A DNA stretch of 64,000 nucleotides from Fonticula alba ATCC 38817 (taxonomy: Eukaryota; Protista; Nucleariida), in the NCBI GenBank assembly GCA_000388065.2, contig KB932208.1; one strand, 5' to 3'. Positions within the stretch are counted from its first letter, which is position 1; every line of letters begins with the position of its first letter. The notes under the pieces were generated by a model. It saw only the letters and a program-made list of their open reading frames with translations, did no database searches and was not told the DNA's origin. Below are positions 15,603-27,433 of this stretch, in pieces. Made by a program: the position numbers and the translations under genes.

Positions 15603-17102
15603 TTAGGACGAGAAGAAAGTGGACTTATTTGAAGAGCGGAGGAAGAAGGCCTTGACCAACTCGTAAGAGGTCCAGCAGATGGCCGTCGAAGTGGAATGGA
15701 CCACCAGCCGGGGGCGGATGCCGTAGAAGAAGCCGCGCCAGCCGGAGTCGCGCAGGATACCGCGGCAGGCGTCCATGAGGCCGCGCTCCAGCGGGAGGGC
15801 GCCGGCGGCAGAGGCGGCGCCGGCGGCAGAGGCGGCCGTCCGGAGGGCGCCAACAGCCCCATGCGCCTGAAGGCCGGAGGTGATGACCGACCGGGTTTGC
15901 AGGCGAGTCTTGGCCACATCCAGGGGGTTGGTCAGGGCCGCGGCGAAGGCGCCGGCCAGGCCGCCAGAGGTGAAGAAAATCCCCAACTGCCGGGCATCGC
16001 GGCCCTCGGTCAGGTGGTCCGGGAGGAAGATCGACTGCAGCATGGGCTTGAGGCTCTCATTGGCGGCCACGGTCAGGCCATGGTAGGGGACATTCATGAT
16101 GAGCGTGGTGAAGTACGACCGATAGAGGCCGGCCATGCCCTCGGTGCGCATGATGGTCTGCACGCAATCCGTCAGGCCGGAGTAATACCCGAGCTGCAGC
16201 CGCTGCTTGACCACATCGATCGGGGTCATGAGCATGTCGTGCACGCAAACCATGGCCCCTCCGAGGGCCATGTCAGTGAAGGGGGACCGATAGGGGCCGG
16301 CGGGGGTCTGGACGGTGGTCATCTTCTTGCCTGTGTGTGTGTGGGGGGGCGGGGGGAGGAGGCAAGGGAGAAAGAGGGGGACAGGCGGCAAGAGGGAGGG
16401 GGCCAGGGATATGTGTTAGGAGGGGAGAGCGGGGCGAGGGGAGCAGAGGCAGAGGCAGAGAGACGGCGACGAGAGGCCGGCACACGCACCGAGCTCGTAG
16501 ATGGAAAAGTAGGCCGCGTGAGCGGGCATGCAGCCGATGAGGACGCTCTGGGCGCCGCGCCACACCCGGAGGAACCCCTGCTCGGCGACCAGGGACCGGA
16601 AGAGCTGGCGCGCCGTGAGGGCCGTGTGGACATTCGGGACGAAGCCCGGGGCGGCGGCGGCGGCGGCGGCAGCCCCGCCGAGAGTCCGGGCCACCGAGGA
16701 CCGAGCCATCGGGGCCGAGGCGGCGGTGGTCGCGCAGAAGGACCCGGCCATCGGGGGGACACTGCCGGCACCGGTGACGGCGGCGGCCACGGTCGCATGG
16801 CCGCCGGTAGTGGCAGCGGCAGCGGCGCTGGCAGTGGCCGGGGCGGCGGCGCCGCCGCCGCCGCCAAGGCCGGAGGGCGGGATGTTCGCCTGCATGTAGG
16901 TCTTGATGGTGTCCACGGGGAACATCATCAGGTGCTCGCAAAGCCCGGCAAAAGACCCGGCCAGGATATACTGCCAGAAGTGCATGCCGCTCTCGGGCGA
17001 GTACTCCTCCCACTCCTCGGAGGGCTCTTCCATGGACAGAGTATGGGGAGCGGCGATGGTCGCCGGGCCGGGCGGCGAGGTGACAGGCTGGGCCGCGGAC
17101 AT
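15603..17102 (-). CDS. MRS3: Mitoferrin-type mitochondrial iron carrier (SLC25A37/28, Mrs3/4); exons 16490-17102, 15603-16330
   Basis: EEYSPESGMHFWQYILAGSFAGLCEHLMMFPVDTIKTYMQ, RVWRGAQSVLIGCMPAHAAYFSIYE, HDMLMTPIDVVKQRLQ, TNPLDVAKTRLQT: three carrier signatures with mitoferrin-type EH/HD residues. Confidence 0.93.
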
Positions 17103-20100
17103 TCTGAAGGAAAGACGGACGGAAGAGGAGGGCTGAGAAAGGGTGGAAGTGGGGGGGTAGAGGGGGGAGGGTCGCGGGGAGAGGGGGGGGGGGAGTCTCG
17201 CCTGGGGAGGGGTGCGGAGCGGAGGGGGAAGTCTGTGGGGGTGCGGAGTTAGTGGGAGGGGGGGGGGGGTCAGGGGAGGAGACGGGATGGGGATAGAGGG
17301 GAGGAAACCCGGGGAAAGGGAGCCGAAACGGACCGGGGGGAGCGGTCAGCGTCGGGCGAAGCGCGGGCTCATGTGCGCGCGTGCGTGTGTTTCTGTGTAA
17401 CTGGCAGCGAGGAGCCGGCCGGGTGGGCGAGGCGAGGGGTGATGGGGTGGGAGTGGCGGCGAGGGAGGGGAGGAGGGGGGGGGAGGGGGGCGGGGGGAGG
17501 TACAGGAGTCGGGAGGCCAAGCGGATGGAGATTGCCTGGGGAGATTCCCAACAGGTAGATTTCTTTTGTGGTCGCGCCCCCTTGTCCCCTGCCCCGCGCG
17601 ACGTTCGGGGGGAGGGGGGGACGGGGGGGGGGGGAGAGGGGTGGGCGGGGCGCCCACGCACGGAATGGAATCTGCTCGCCCGGCCGGCAATGAGAGCCCA
17701 GCTAGGGCCGCGCGTCCCCTTTGCCCCGTTGGGCCCCTTTCCTGCCCACCTGCCCGTCCCTCCCTTGTCCCGGGGCAGCCCGCTCTCCGGCCGCCCCAGC
17801 CCCCTGTGGCCGGGGCACTGAGGGGGGGGGGGGGCAGATTGTGGGAACGGGCCCGGGGAGGGGGGACGCGCGCGCGGGCTCGGGGCGCGTCGGCTGGTCG
17901 CGCTTACCTCGCCTCAAGTTGGCGTTTTTTTCCCCATTCTGGGTCCGCGCGGGGCCCAGGCGGGCCACCTGGCTGCGGGTGCGAGCCCGGGGGGAGAGGG
18001 GCGCGACACGCGCCCAGACGAGGGCCATCATGCGCTAGACTATGCGGGAACCCAACGGCAGGGGCGGCGGACATAGCGAGCACATATGGGGGGGGGGGGG
18101 ATCCCCCCCCCATCGAGGTGTGTGATGTGGCCTTGGGAACGTGTGTGCATGGGCTCTCTCAGCGTGAGGGCCAGCTGGCGGGCCGGATCGGCAGCCCGCC
18201 CGCCCCGGCGCCTCCCTCCCGGCTCCGCTCATGGCCGGGTGGTCGCACGGTGCGCGTGCAAGTCAACTCGCCGGATGACGCGGAAAGCACGAGCGGCGCG
18301 GCCTGAGACGGAAGGCCAAGGGCCCACGTTCCGCCCCCCCCCCCTCATGCTGGATGTACATCTCCCTCCGTGTGCCGGCGAGACAGGGAACTTGAGGGCA
18401 TGCCCGAGGCCCGGGTTCGCGCCTGTGTGCGCACATTGGCCGGGCCCGGGTGGCACCATGGTGTCGGGCCCTCGCCGCCGCCCCCCCCCCCCCCCGGCTC
18501 CGGCCCCGGGCCAGCTTGGTCGAGAGGACCGCGGGGACCACGGGCTCGAACGCCGGCATTGCCCACGAACCTGCTGGCATCGTACGCTGTGCGGGCGGGG
18601 CGCTCGAACAGGCGCGGAGGAGGCCGGCCGAGGGGTGCTCTGAAGTTCGAGCCTGCCGCGCCGGACAGACCAGAACACCCGGCCCCGGCGCCGGGGCCGG
18701 CCCCGGGGCCAAGTCCGTGCCGTGAGCAATTCCGTGCAAATGCTCCGGGCGCGGGGGGCATGCCCCTCTGGCCTGGGGGGGCCCAGCCGTTGGGCCGCCT
18801 CTTCTGGCAGAGAGCGCGAAGCCGGCACATTCGGGCGCGCCCCCCCCCCCCCCCCCCCGCACGCCCAGCCGGCCTCGCGGGGACGGGGCAATCCACCAGA
18901 GGGCGCAGTCTACACATCTCATCAGGCTGACGTCTACTAGAACTGCGGGCACGGCCGGGCGCGGGACCAGACACTCTCTCTCTCTCTCTCGCTCTCTTTG
19001 TGAGCTCAAGAAAGTCCCCCCCAGCCCCCACTGCCCTGCGGCCTGCTCGTCCAGCGTCCGGGCCTTCGCGCAGATGGGGGGGGGCTGCCCACGTTTTGAT
19101 GATGTGTCAAGTCGTCGGGTGTGCGACTGATCTCCCCGGGCCGGCCGGCACAAGCGATGCTCCGCCGCGGAGAGAGGGCACCCAGAAGGGGGGCGTGCGT
19201 GCGAGGAGTGACACCGCACGCGGGCGGAATAAGACCCGGGGCGCGCGACGGGCGGGGGGGGGGGGGGAGGGGACACGGCGGAACTCCACGCCCCCCCCCC
19301 GCGCCCACGCACCAGGCCCGGCCGGCGGCCCGGAGGTCCCGCGCGGGCCCGCCGGGGAGGAGAGCACGACGAGGCGTTGTCCGGGGGTGCTGCCGCGCGG
19401 GCGTCCTGGGCCGCGCCGCGGCGCCCCCCCACCCCCCCCGACGCCGAAGGGCCGATTCACAACGGACCGGGCCGTGTCAGGGGTTGGGGTTGGCTATGCG
19501 GGCAGCAGCGGACAGGCCCGGCCCACCGGAGGGGGGGGGGGGACGCCCTAGAGCGCCGGAGAGGCTAATCCGGCGTACAGTCCCGGACCAGCGCCAGGGT
19601 AGCGGCGAGCCGGCGTCCGGGCGCCGGAGCCAAGGGCATGCTAGAGATGGTGGCCATGACACACGGATTTATATTATACCCCGGCGCCGGCCTCGGTCCC
19701 CCCCCCCCCCCCCCCCGGGCGCGGAGACAGGAACGCATCCCCAAAGGGGCGCCGGCCCGAGAGATGCCCCCCTCCTCCCACCTCGGAGGACTTGGAGGCG
19801 GCAATAGACGCTGCCCCACGGGCCCCGCGGCCTCCGCCGGAGCCGTCCATCCTGCACCCCTCCCCCCCCCCCCGGGGGGAGGAGGCGGAGACGGGGACAC
19901 GGCCCGAAGTCCGGCCCGAGAGAACCCGAGGGCCAGGCCCCCTTGCAGCTGGGGAGCCTCCGAGCCGCGACTCTCCGCAGGGCCGACACGCGGCAGGCAC
20001 AACGCAGTCGGGGTGGCGAGCGAATGTCGTCAACCGGATGCCCGTGAGGGACGCCCGCCCCGGCTGACACGTAGATCAGCTGAGTCCCATGGAGCTCAGG

Positions 20101-20349
20101 TCCCAATGCACGCGAAGCGCCTGCACGCGTCCCCCCCCCCCCTGTCCCGGCCGCAGGGGGCCCTTTCCTTTTTCTCCGGCCGCCATCCTCGTCCTCCGAG
20201 CCCGGCGAGCCCTTCTTCATCCGCCCCCTCCCCTTTCCCTCCCCGCACCCCCGCGCCCCCTCCGCCCCCTCCGCCCCCTCCGCCCCTCCCGGAACTTTTG
20301 CCCCTCTCTCCCCCTCCTTTTTGCCTCCCTCCCCGCCGCGCCGCCAGCC

Positions 20350-22998
20350 ATGTCCGAGGGTGAGATCCACATCAAGGCCGAGCCGGAGCATGGCGACGTC
20401 GTGCTGGAGTCCTCGCCCGATGTCGCCAGCCCGGCTGCTGCCCCGGCAGCCGGCCCGACCCCGATCGAGTCGCCAACCGCCGTCAAGATGGACGTCGACC
20501 AGCCGAGCACCCCCTTCCAGGTGAACCCGGCACTGGAAACGCGCGTGGAGCTGGATGAGGATTTCATTGAGGACCCGGACGATCCGGTCGTTCAGACGGT
20601 CAATGTCTTCCTCGGGGGCCCGAAGCTCCGACAGCACATCCACGTCCTGCAGTTCCCGCTGAAGCACCACTCGCTGTCCTACTTCACGGAGGACATCACG
20701 CATGCCCGCTTCAAGCCGAAGGTGCGTGCTCCTGTTTCATTGGATTGGGGGGNNNNNNNNNNNNNNNNNNNNNNNNNNNNNNNNNNNNNNNNNNNNNNNN
20801 NNNNNNNNNNNNNNNNNNNNNNNNNNNNNNNNNNNNNNNNNNNNNNNNNNNNNNNNNNNNNNNNNNNNNNNNNNNNNNNNNNNNNNNNNNNNNNNNNNNN
20901 NNNNNNNNNNNNNNNNNNNNNNNNNNNNNNNNNNNNNNNNNNNNNNNNNNNNNNNNNNNNNNNNNNNNNNNNNNNNNNNNNNNNNNNNNNNNNNNNNNNN
21001 NNNNNNNNNNNNNNNNNNNNNNNNNNNNNNNNNNNNNNNNNNNNNNNNNNNNNNNNNNNNNNNNNNNNNNAGGCACGGGAAAAGTGGGGCAGAGGCCCGG
21101 GGTCCGCCCTGACCGGGTTTTGGCTGTGCATCTGGCGGTGGCTGACCTCTCGCGCCCGGCCGGCGGTGGGGGGGGCCGAGGACAGTCGCAATTCTTGGAG
21201 CTCGAGGTCCCGGTGGACACTGGGTCTCCTTTTTACGACACTTTGAAGGGCGAGCAGTTTGGCAAGCACGCGACATCCATCCGCCCGACGCCGAATGCCG
21301 GGAGTCCGCCCATGCTGAGCGTGACTCCTGGGATGGTGGCTCCGGGGGCCGGTGGGACTGGGCTGCTGTCGAGCCAGGTGTACTCGTCGCAGGCGATCCC
21401 CGGCAAGTCGCATTATACCATCGGCGTTTTGAAGGACAGTGCGTGACATCTGCATGCCTGGCGGTGCAGCTGCTTTTGGCGAGGGGGGGGGGGGGGGGCA
21501 AGACGGCCTCATGATGGCCCCGAAGCTGCTCATGGGGAAGCTGACGTGCGATGTTCTCCCTCCGCCCGCCGGGGGAGGGGCGCGATCGGCCATCATGGAT
21601 CGCGCGCGCAGACGGCGACCTGCACCTTGTGCCGGTTGACTGCAACTTCCAGATGCGCCCGAGCCTGCAGTACCTGGACGAGGCGGACAAGCAGGCGAAG
21701 ATGGAAGCCGCCGCCGCGGCGGCCGACTCCGACGAGGATCTCTCTGACTCGGAGGACAAGCCGAAGGAAGTGCAAGTGACCATCAAGCGCCGGGAAAGTG
21801 AGCGCGCGACCGCCGCCCGGAAGAAGTCGCACGCATACCTCCAGAAGCAGGTCGATGATGAGGACTGGGTTGACTTGAAGTTCTACAACTCCTCTGTGCG
21901 TGTCTTCCTCCCCCCGGCGCCCCCTCTTTCTTCATCCCCTCTCTTGGTGGTGCTTTATCCCTCGGATGCGAGGCCAAGGGGGCTGTCCTGCTGGGGGCCG
22001 TGCCGGTTGAGACTGGCACACGCACTGACACACGCGCATATGCAGAGCCCCCAAACCAACCGCCTCTTCCAGCTGATGTATGCCGAGCAGTCGGCCCCTG
22101 TGCTGAAGGAAGAGCAAACGGAGTCCTACCTGTCGAGTGTGGTCAAGCTGCCCGCCCTGACGCCGATCAGGAAACGTGTCCTGGGGATCTTGAAGAACGG
22201 TGCGCCATTTTGCCTCGCCTGCCGTGCGGCACGTTGCCGTGCATTTTTTTCCCCCCTCCCCCGGGTCCGCATGGCTTGCTGACCTTCATGTGGTGGGTGG
22301 CCGGGGGGCGGTGTGGCGCGATGCAGCTCAAATTGTGCATTTCCTCGAGCTGAAGGCCATGTTCCCGGATGGAAACGACATCGAGGCTGTCCTGCGCGCT
22401 GCTCTCGGGGACATCGCCATCCAGTTTGGTGACCTGTGGATCGTCAAGAGGTGCGTCCCTTGCTCGCGCGCCTCCCTCTCTGGTCGCCTCGGCACTAACG
22501 GGTCTTTCCTCTCGCTGCCCCGGCGCCGGGCGTGTGTGCCTCCAGTGAAATCACCCACCGCGGGCGCACCATCCAGTGGCGAAACCAGCTGCTGAAGCTG
22601 TTCCAGAACACCAACTCCATCCCCTACGGCCGATTCATCCAGGTACGCATGCGTATGCCCTTTTTTTTTCTTTTTTCTTTTTTCCATGCCCAGGCGAAGG
22701 TGCTTGTGGTCTCCCCTCCGCCGGTGCCGGGATATATGATGCTCTCCGGCATGTGCCAGCCGACCCATGCCCCCTCGGTCTGTGTGCCACATACGTGTGC
22801 GTGGTTCTCACCTGCACCTGCTCTGCCTTGCGCCGGCCTTCCCCTGCGCCACACACCTCGCAGGAGACCCTGGTTGGCCGCACCACGGCCAACGAGCTCC
22901 TCTCGCAGATCGCCGTGCCCGACCAGAAACGCGATCTCTGGCATCTGAAGCGCAGCCCCGAGGCACTCGCCCTGCTGGGGGATGCCCTGTGCATCTGA
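20350..22998 (+). CDS. POLR3E: RNA polymerase III subunit RPC5 (C37, Sin-like); exons 20350-20721, 21186-21438, 21612-21895, 22046-22199, 22327-22450, 22546-22642, (22694-22699?), 22864-22998
   Basis: DDPVVQTVNVFL..HVLQFPLK..ARFKPK|SQFLELEVPVDTGSPFYD; HYTIGVLKD|GDLHLVPVDCNFQMRPSLQYLDEAD; RESERATAARKKSHAYLQKQVDDEDW match Sin_N/RPC5 motifs. Confidence 0.9.
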
Positions 22999-23808
22999 AC
23001 GGGTGCGCGTGCGCGCGCGCGCGCGCGTGTGTGTGCGTTCGATCTACCCGCGCACGTACAAACACACACACACACGCACGCACGGGCAACGCGGCGGCGC
23101 ATCCGCGGCGGCCCGATCGGGGCTGACAATAGAGTTTGCATGTGATGTGTGGGTGTGACTGTGTGTCGGTGAATGGCATTCTCCGAACGCGCGCAATGCT
23201 GTTGTCGGATTATGGGGTGCGCGCAACCGCGCCCGGTCGGCCAGCACGGGGCCCCCTATAAACTGGTTTCCGACCGGCTGGGGCCCGGGGGTCGGTGCAC
23301 TGGCGGGGGGAGGGGGGGGGGGCTGCTCGACCGAGGAGTCTGGTTTGTGGCGCGGAGGAGGGGGCCGCAAGCTGGCCTCTGTGCCCTGGGCTCGTCCGCC
23401 TGCGCGAAAGCTGCGGGAAATTGCGAGCCCCGGGCCCGGGCACTGGGCGTTGGGCCGCCGCCGGGGCGGGGGGGGGCGGGGGGGGAGCGGGGCAGAAAAA
23501 AATGAGGCAGGTCGGCCGGCCGGCCGACCGATGTCCCGGGTGTGAGAAGTGTCCGGCGAGGGCCTCCCACCCGGGCGCTGGGGCAGTTTTGGCCTGATTG
23601 CGCTGTTTCAGTGAAATGCCCCTCGGCCGCCTGTGAGCGGGGGTGGCCGATGGCGGGTGCCTTTTCCTTTTCGTTTCCCGGGTGTCTCGCGGGGAGGGGG
23701 GCGCAAATGAATGGATGAGTCAACAAGAGGCGCGGCTGGGAGCCGGGGGAGCCGGAGTTCGCCCTTGCTCAGCGCTTACGCAGGGTGTGTGTCAGAACAG
23801 TCAGCAGG

Positions 23809-23848
<40 letters not shown>

Positions 23849-25110
23849 CCCGGACGCAATAGCGCGGCCGCATCGATTGGGGGCTGCGCGGGGCCCTCGC
23901 CCGGCTCCTCCATGGACGGGCGGGGGGGGGGGGGGGGCGGCTGCCGGCGAAGGGTGCAATCCGAGGGGAAAGGGCCAGACAGGGCCCGGCACACCTCGGC
24001 GCGGCCCGGGGCGCCGCCAAGAAAGAGCAACCGCGGTGCCAAGAAGGGCCGGCTTGGGGCGTGTCCGACCGGGCCCGGCACGGTGGGGGCTCGCGATCAG
24101 AGCGTGAGGGGCGCAAGGGCCGGGAGATCAGCAACGACGGTCGGGCCGGGCGGGCGGGCGGGGGGGGCTGCCCCCGGAGCCAGAGATGATGTGGGCGTTT
24201 CGGTGGCGCGGGCCGGCGTCCCCTCGTCTCTATGACGGTGGCCGGTCAGCCAGCGCGGCGGGGAGAAATGCCCTCCCGAGGGGGGCGGACCCCGGAACGG
24301 CGCGCGCTCGATGAATGGGCCATTTCGCAGGGCGCACGATCCCCGGGGGAGTGTGTCGGCCGAGGGGGGGGGGGGGGGGGCGGGGGCCTCGCTTCGCCGG
24401 CGGCCGCACTCGCTCGGGGGCGGGGCGGCCGCGATCCGCGGCGCGGGGCGCCACCAAACGCGGCCTCAACCTCGCTTTCCGGTCTGGGGACGGTTGTCAA
24501 GCGAACTTGTGAAATTATCCAAGCGGACTGCCCACGGCCGGGCGCGGGCGCGGGCACAGGCGCCGCCAGGACAATCGACCCGATCAACCCCGCGCCGGCA
24601 TGCGTCGGGCGGAGGCGGGCGGCCAGGCCCGGCCCGCTGGGGCCGGCTCCTGCGCGCCTCCCGCGCCCGGCGCACGCACGGGGGGGGGGGGTCTGACTCA
24701 TCAAGAGCCCCCGGCGCCGCACCTCGGCGAACGCCCGGCCCCGTGGCGATCGGGCGCCCGGGGGCCTGCGCACGGCGTCGCGAAGGCCCGGGCGAGCTGA
24801 GCTCGACCGGACGCTGGCGACCGACTTTGCGCCAGCCGCCACCGTCGAACACGACGGCCGCAGGAAGGCCTCCGGTCGGCCGGGAGCGGGGCAAAGGCGC
24901 GGCGGGACCGCACTCGGGGGCGGGGAGAGGGGGGGCGGGGGGGGGGGCCGGCCTGCGGCACAAGGACAGGCACCCGGGGGGCACATGCAAGTGTGTTCGG
25001 CCGGCCTTGGGGCGCGCGAGGCTCTGTCGGCCCCCCCCCCCCCCGCCCGCCCCGCCGCAACTCGGCCCATGGGCCCCTCCTCTCCTGGACTGCCTGGGTA
25101 AGGGCGCCGG

Positions 25111-25182
25111 CGGGCGATCCAGCGGGAGATCCAGCGGGCGATCCTGCGGGCGATCCGGCGGGCGATCCGGCGGGCGATCCAG
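25111..25182. repeat. 12-bp tandem repeat x6, CGGG(C/A)GATCC(A/T/G)G
   Basis: Six contiguous units read directly; each contains GATC. Confidence 0.9.
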
Positions 25183-27402
25183 CGGGCGGGCGGACGGGCG
25201 GCCACGGTTTGTAGCATGGGTGGCTGAAAAAAAAACGACCGAGGTGATCCTACCCGGCGGGGCCAGCTGCTACGGGGAGATGCTCCCCGGGCGCTGGCTC
25301 CACGCCGGGTGGGCCCCTGGCGGCGGCGGCGGCGGCGGCCCCGCACCTGGGCGTGCCCGACGCGGGGCGCAGGCAGCCTGGTCCCCCATGCATGCGCGAG
25401 GCCGAAGGCCGCGAAGGGCACGCCCACCCGAGCCACTTTCAAGCTGTCCGGCGCGCGCGCACACACACACACACACACGCACCCGGGAGAAAGCGCCTTG
25501 GGCCAGCGAGCCGGCTCCTTTACCCCCGGCCCCCCTCCGCCGAAGCAACATGCGACGGTTGCGGCTGGCCGTTGCGTGTACCTCCAGCTGGCCGCCTCGG
25601 CTCACGATGCCCGAGGAGCCTAGCCTCGTTCCCCCCCCCCCCCCCTGGACGGGCATGGCTCGATCGGGACGTAAGGATGCCAGGAGCCCCCAGCTGGCCC
25701 GGAGCCAGCCCTCCGCCCCGCCTCCCCCGCCCCCCGGGTCCGGGGCCGCGACGAGCCGGCTATGTCCAGATGTGAACAGGGGGCAGGGCGGGTGGGGAGG
25801 GTCCATTTTTCTGCCAGGACGCTTTTGGACACCGGAAGACGGGCGCATCGTCAGACATCCTCCTGCGCTCTTCAGGCGTCCGGTGGATGCCCCCCCCCCC
25901 CTGGGGTGGGGGCGTTCTCCACGCGCGATGTGCCCAGCCGCGCCCAAGAGCCACCATGCCCCAGGGAGACGTGGACACGGGGGAGAGACCATGAGAGAGA
26001 CGGAGATGGGGCGAGGAGCGCGCGGTCAGGCGGGGCGAAGGCCGCAGCCGGATCGGGCCATCCCCGCGCCCCCGGCTTGGACAGCGCTGACCTGTCCCCG
26101 GACGCGCGGTGGTCTCCGCCTTCCCCCGCACCCCCCCCCGATGCCGGCTGGACAGGGACCAGAAAGAGTCCCCATCTGGCCGGGGCTTTGTTTGTCAGCG
26201 CGTTCCAGGAGCCGGCGCCCGCCCGGACCGAAGAGAGCGGGCGCTTAGTCATATTGCCATTTGGGGCATCAAGCGGTGTCTCTCCTGGCCCGGGCTCTCT
26301 CCCCCCAAAAGGCGCCCCGGGGGCGGGGCGGGGGCGGGGGCACCGAGAAGTCGATGGCAGCGGCGGATCGGTGCGTCGATCGTGCCCTCCGGCGTGGACG
26401 CGGCCGGCGCGCCTCGGCATATGACCCCCCGGCACACGCCGGCACATGCTTTGGTCATGGCCAAGGCGAGTGAGAAGCGCCAAGTGTCCCCGATCAAGGC
26501 TTGGCTGGGGCCTTTTTCGCGGAATCTGTCATCGGCGCCTGGCCGGCATTTCCACCGGGCGCCGGGGGCCCAGGTCAGAGGGGCCACCCGCCGGCGCGGG
26601 GCCGCCGCCGCCGCCGCCGCCCCCCATGGCACCGCGCATGCGTCCCTCAATCCGGGCCGGAAGAGGGGACCCCTCCTCGGCTCCCCCCCCCCGTGCCGCC
26701 GAGAAGGTCTCCCCTCGAGAAGACGCCGCGGGGGCGCCGGAAGACGCCCGGCATGCTGTGGTGCTTTTCCGGGTCTACCGAGGGCACGACGCTTGCGCAG
26801 CATGCCCCTTCGGTACATACTTCCTCCGGGGGGGCATGCCCCTTGCCGTCCCGCGGCCCCTTTCTTCTTCTCCTCCGCCCCCCGGGGGCCGGAGGCGCGA
26901 CGACGGCCGGGCGCCGCCGGCGCGCATACCTGCGAGAGGGGCCCGGTCTGCGGGCGGAAAACCGGGCCCGGGGCAGGGGGGGGAGGCCGCGCATACGCGA
27001 TCGCGCTGCCGGGACGATGTGTCCTGGCTTCGGCCGAGCGCCCGCCCGGTCTCTCTCCACCCATGCCCAACAGCCCGGGGCGAACCCGGCGCGAGTATGT
27101 GGCGCAAGCGGTCGCCCCTCCCCTCGGGGGTCCCCGGTGTATGGCCTTCATTAGAAAGGGGGCTTTTTTTTGCCATCCCCACCATCGGCGCCGGTGTGGG
27201 CCAACGGCTTGCTGTTCTGCTTGCCCGAGCCGAGCGTCGGACAAGGTGCCGGTTAGACTCCGGCAGAGCGAACCAACATGCGCGCGCGCGCGCGCGCGCA
27301 CGCAACGCGGAATGCACGCCGCGCGAACGGCGGAATTCCTCCCGGCTCCCCGGCCGGCGCCCAGCCTATTGGCCGATAGCCGAATAATCTTGGCGCTGAC
27401 CG

Positions 27403-27433
<31 letters not shown>

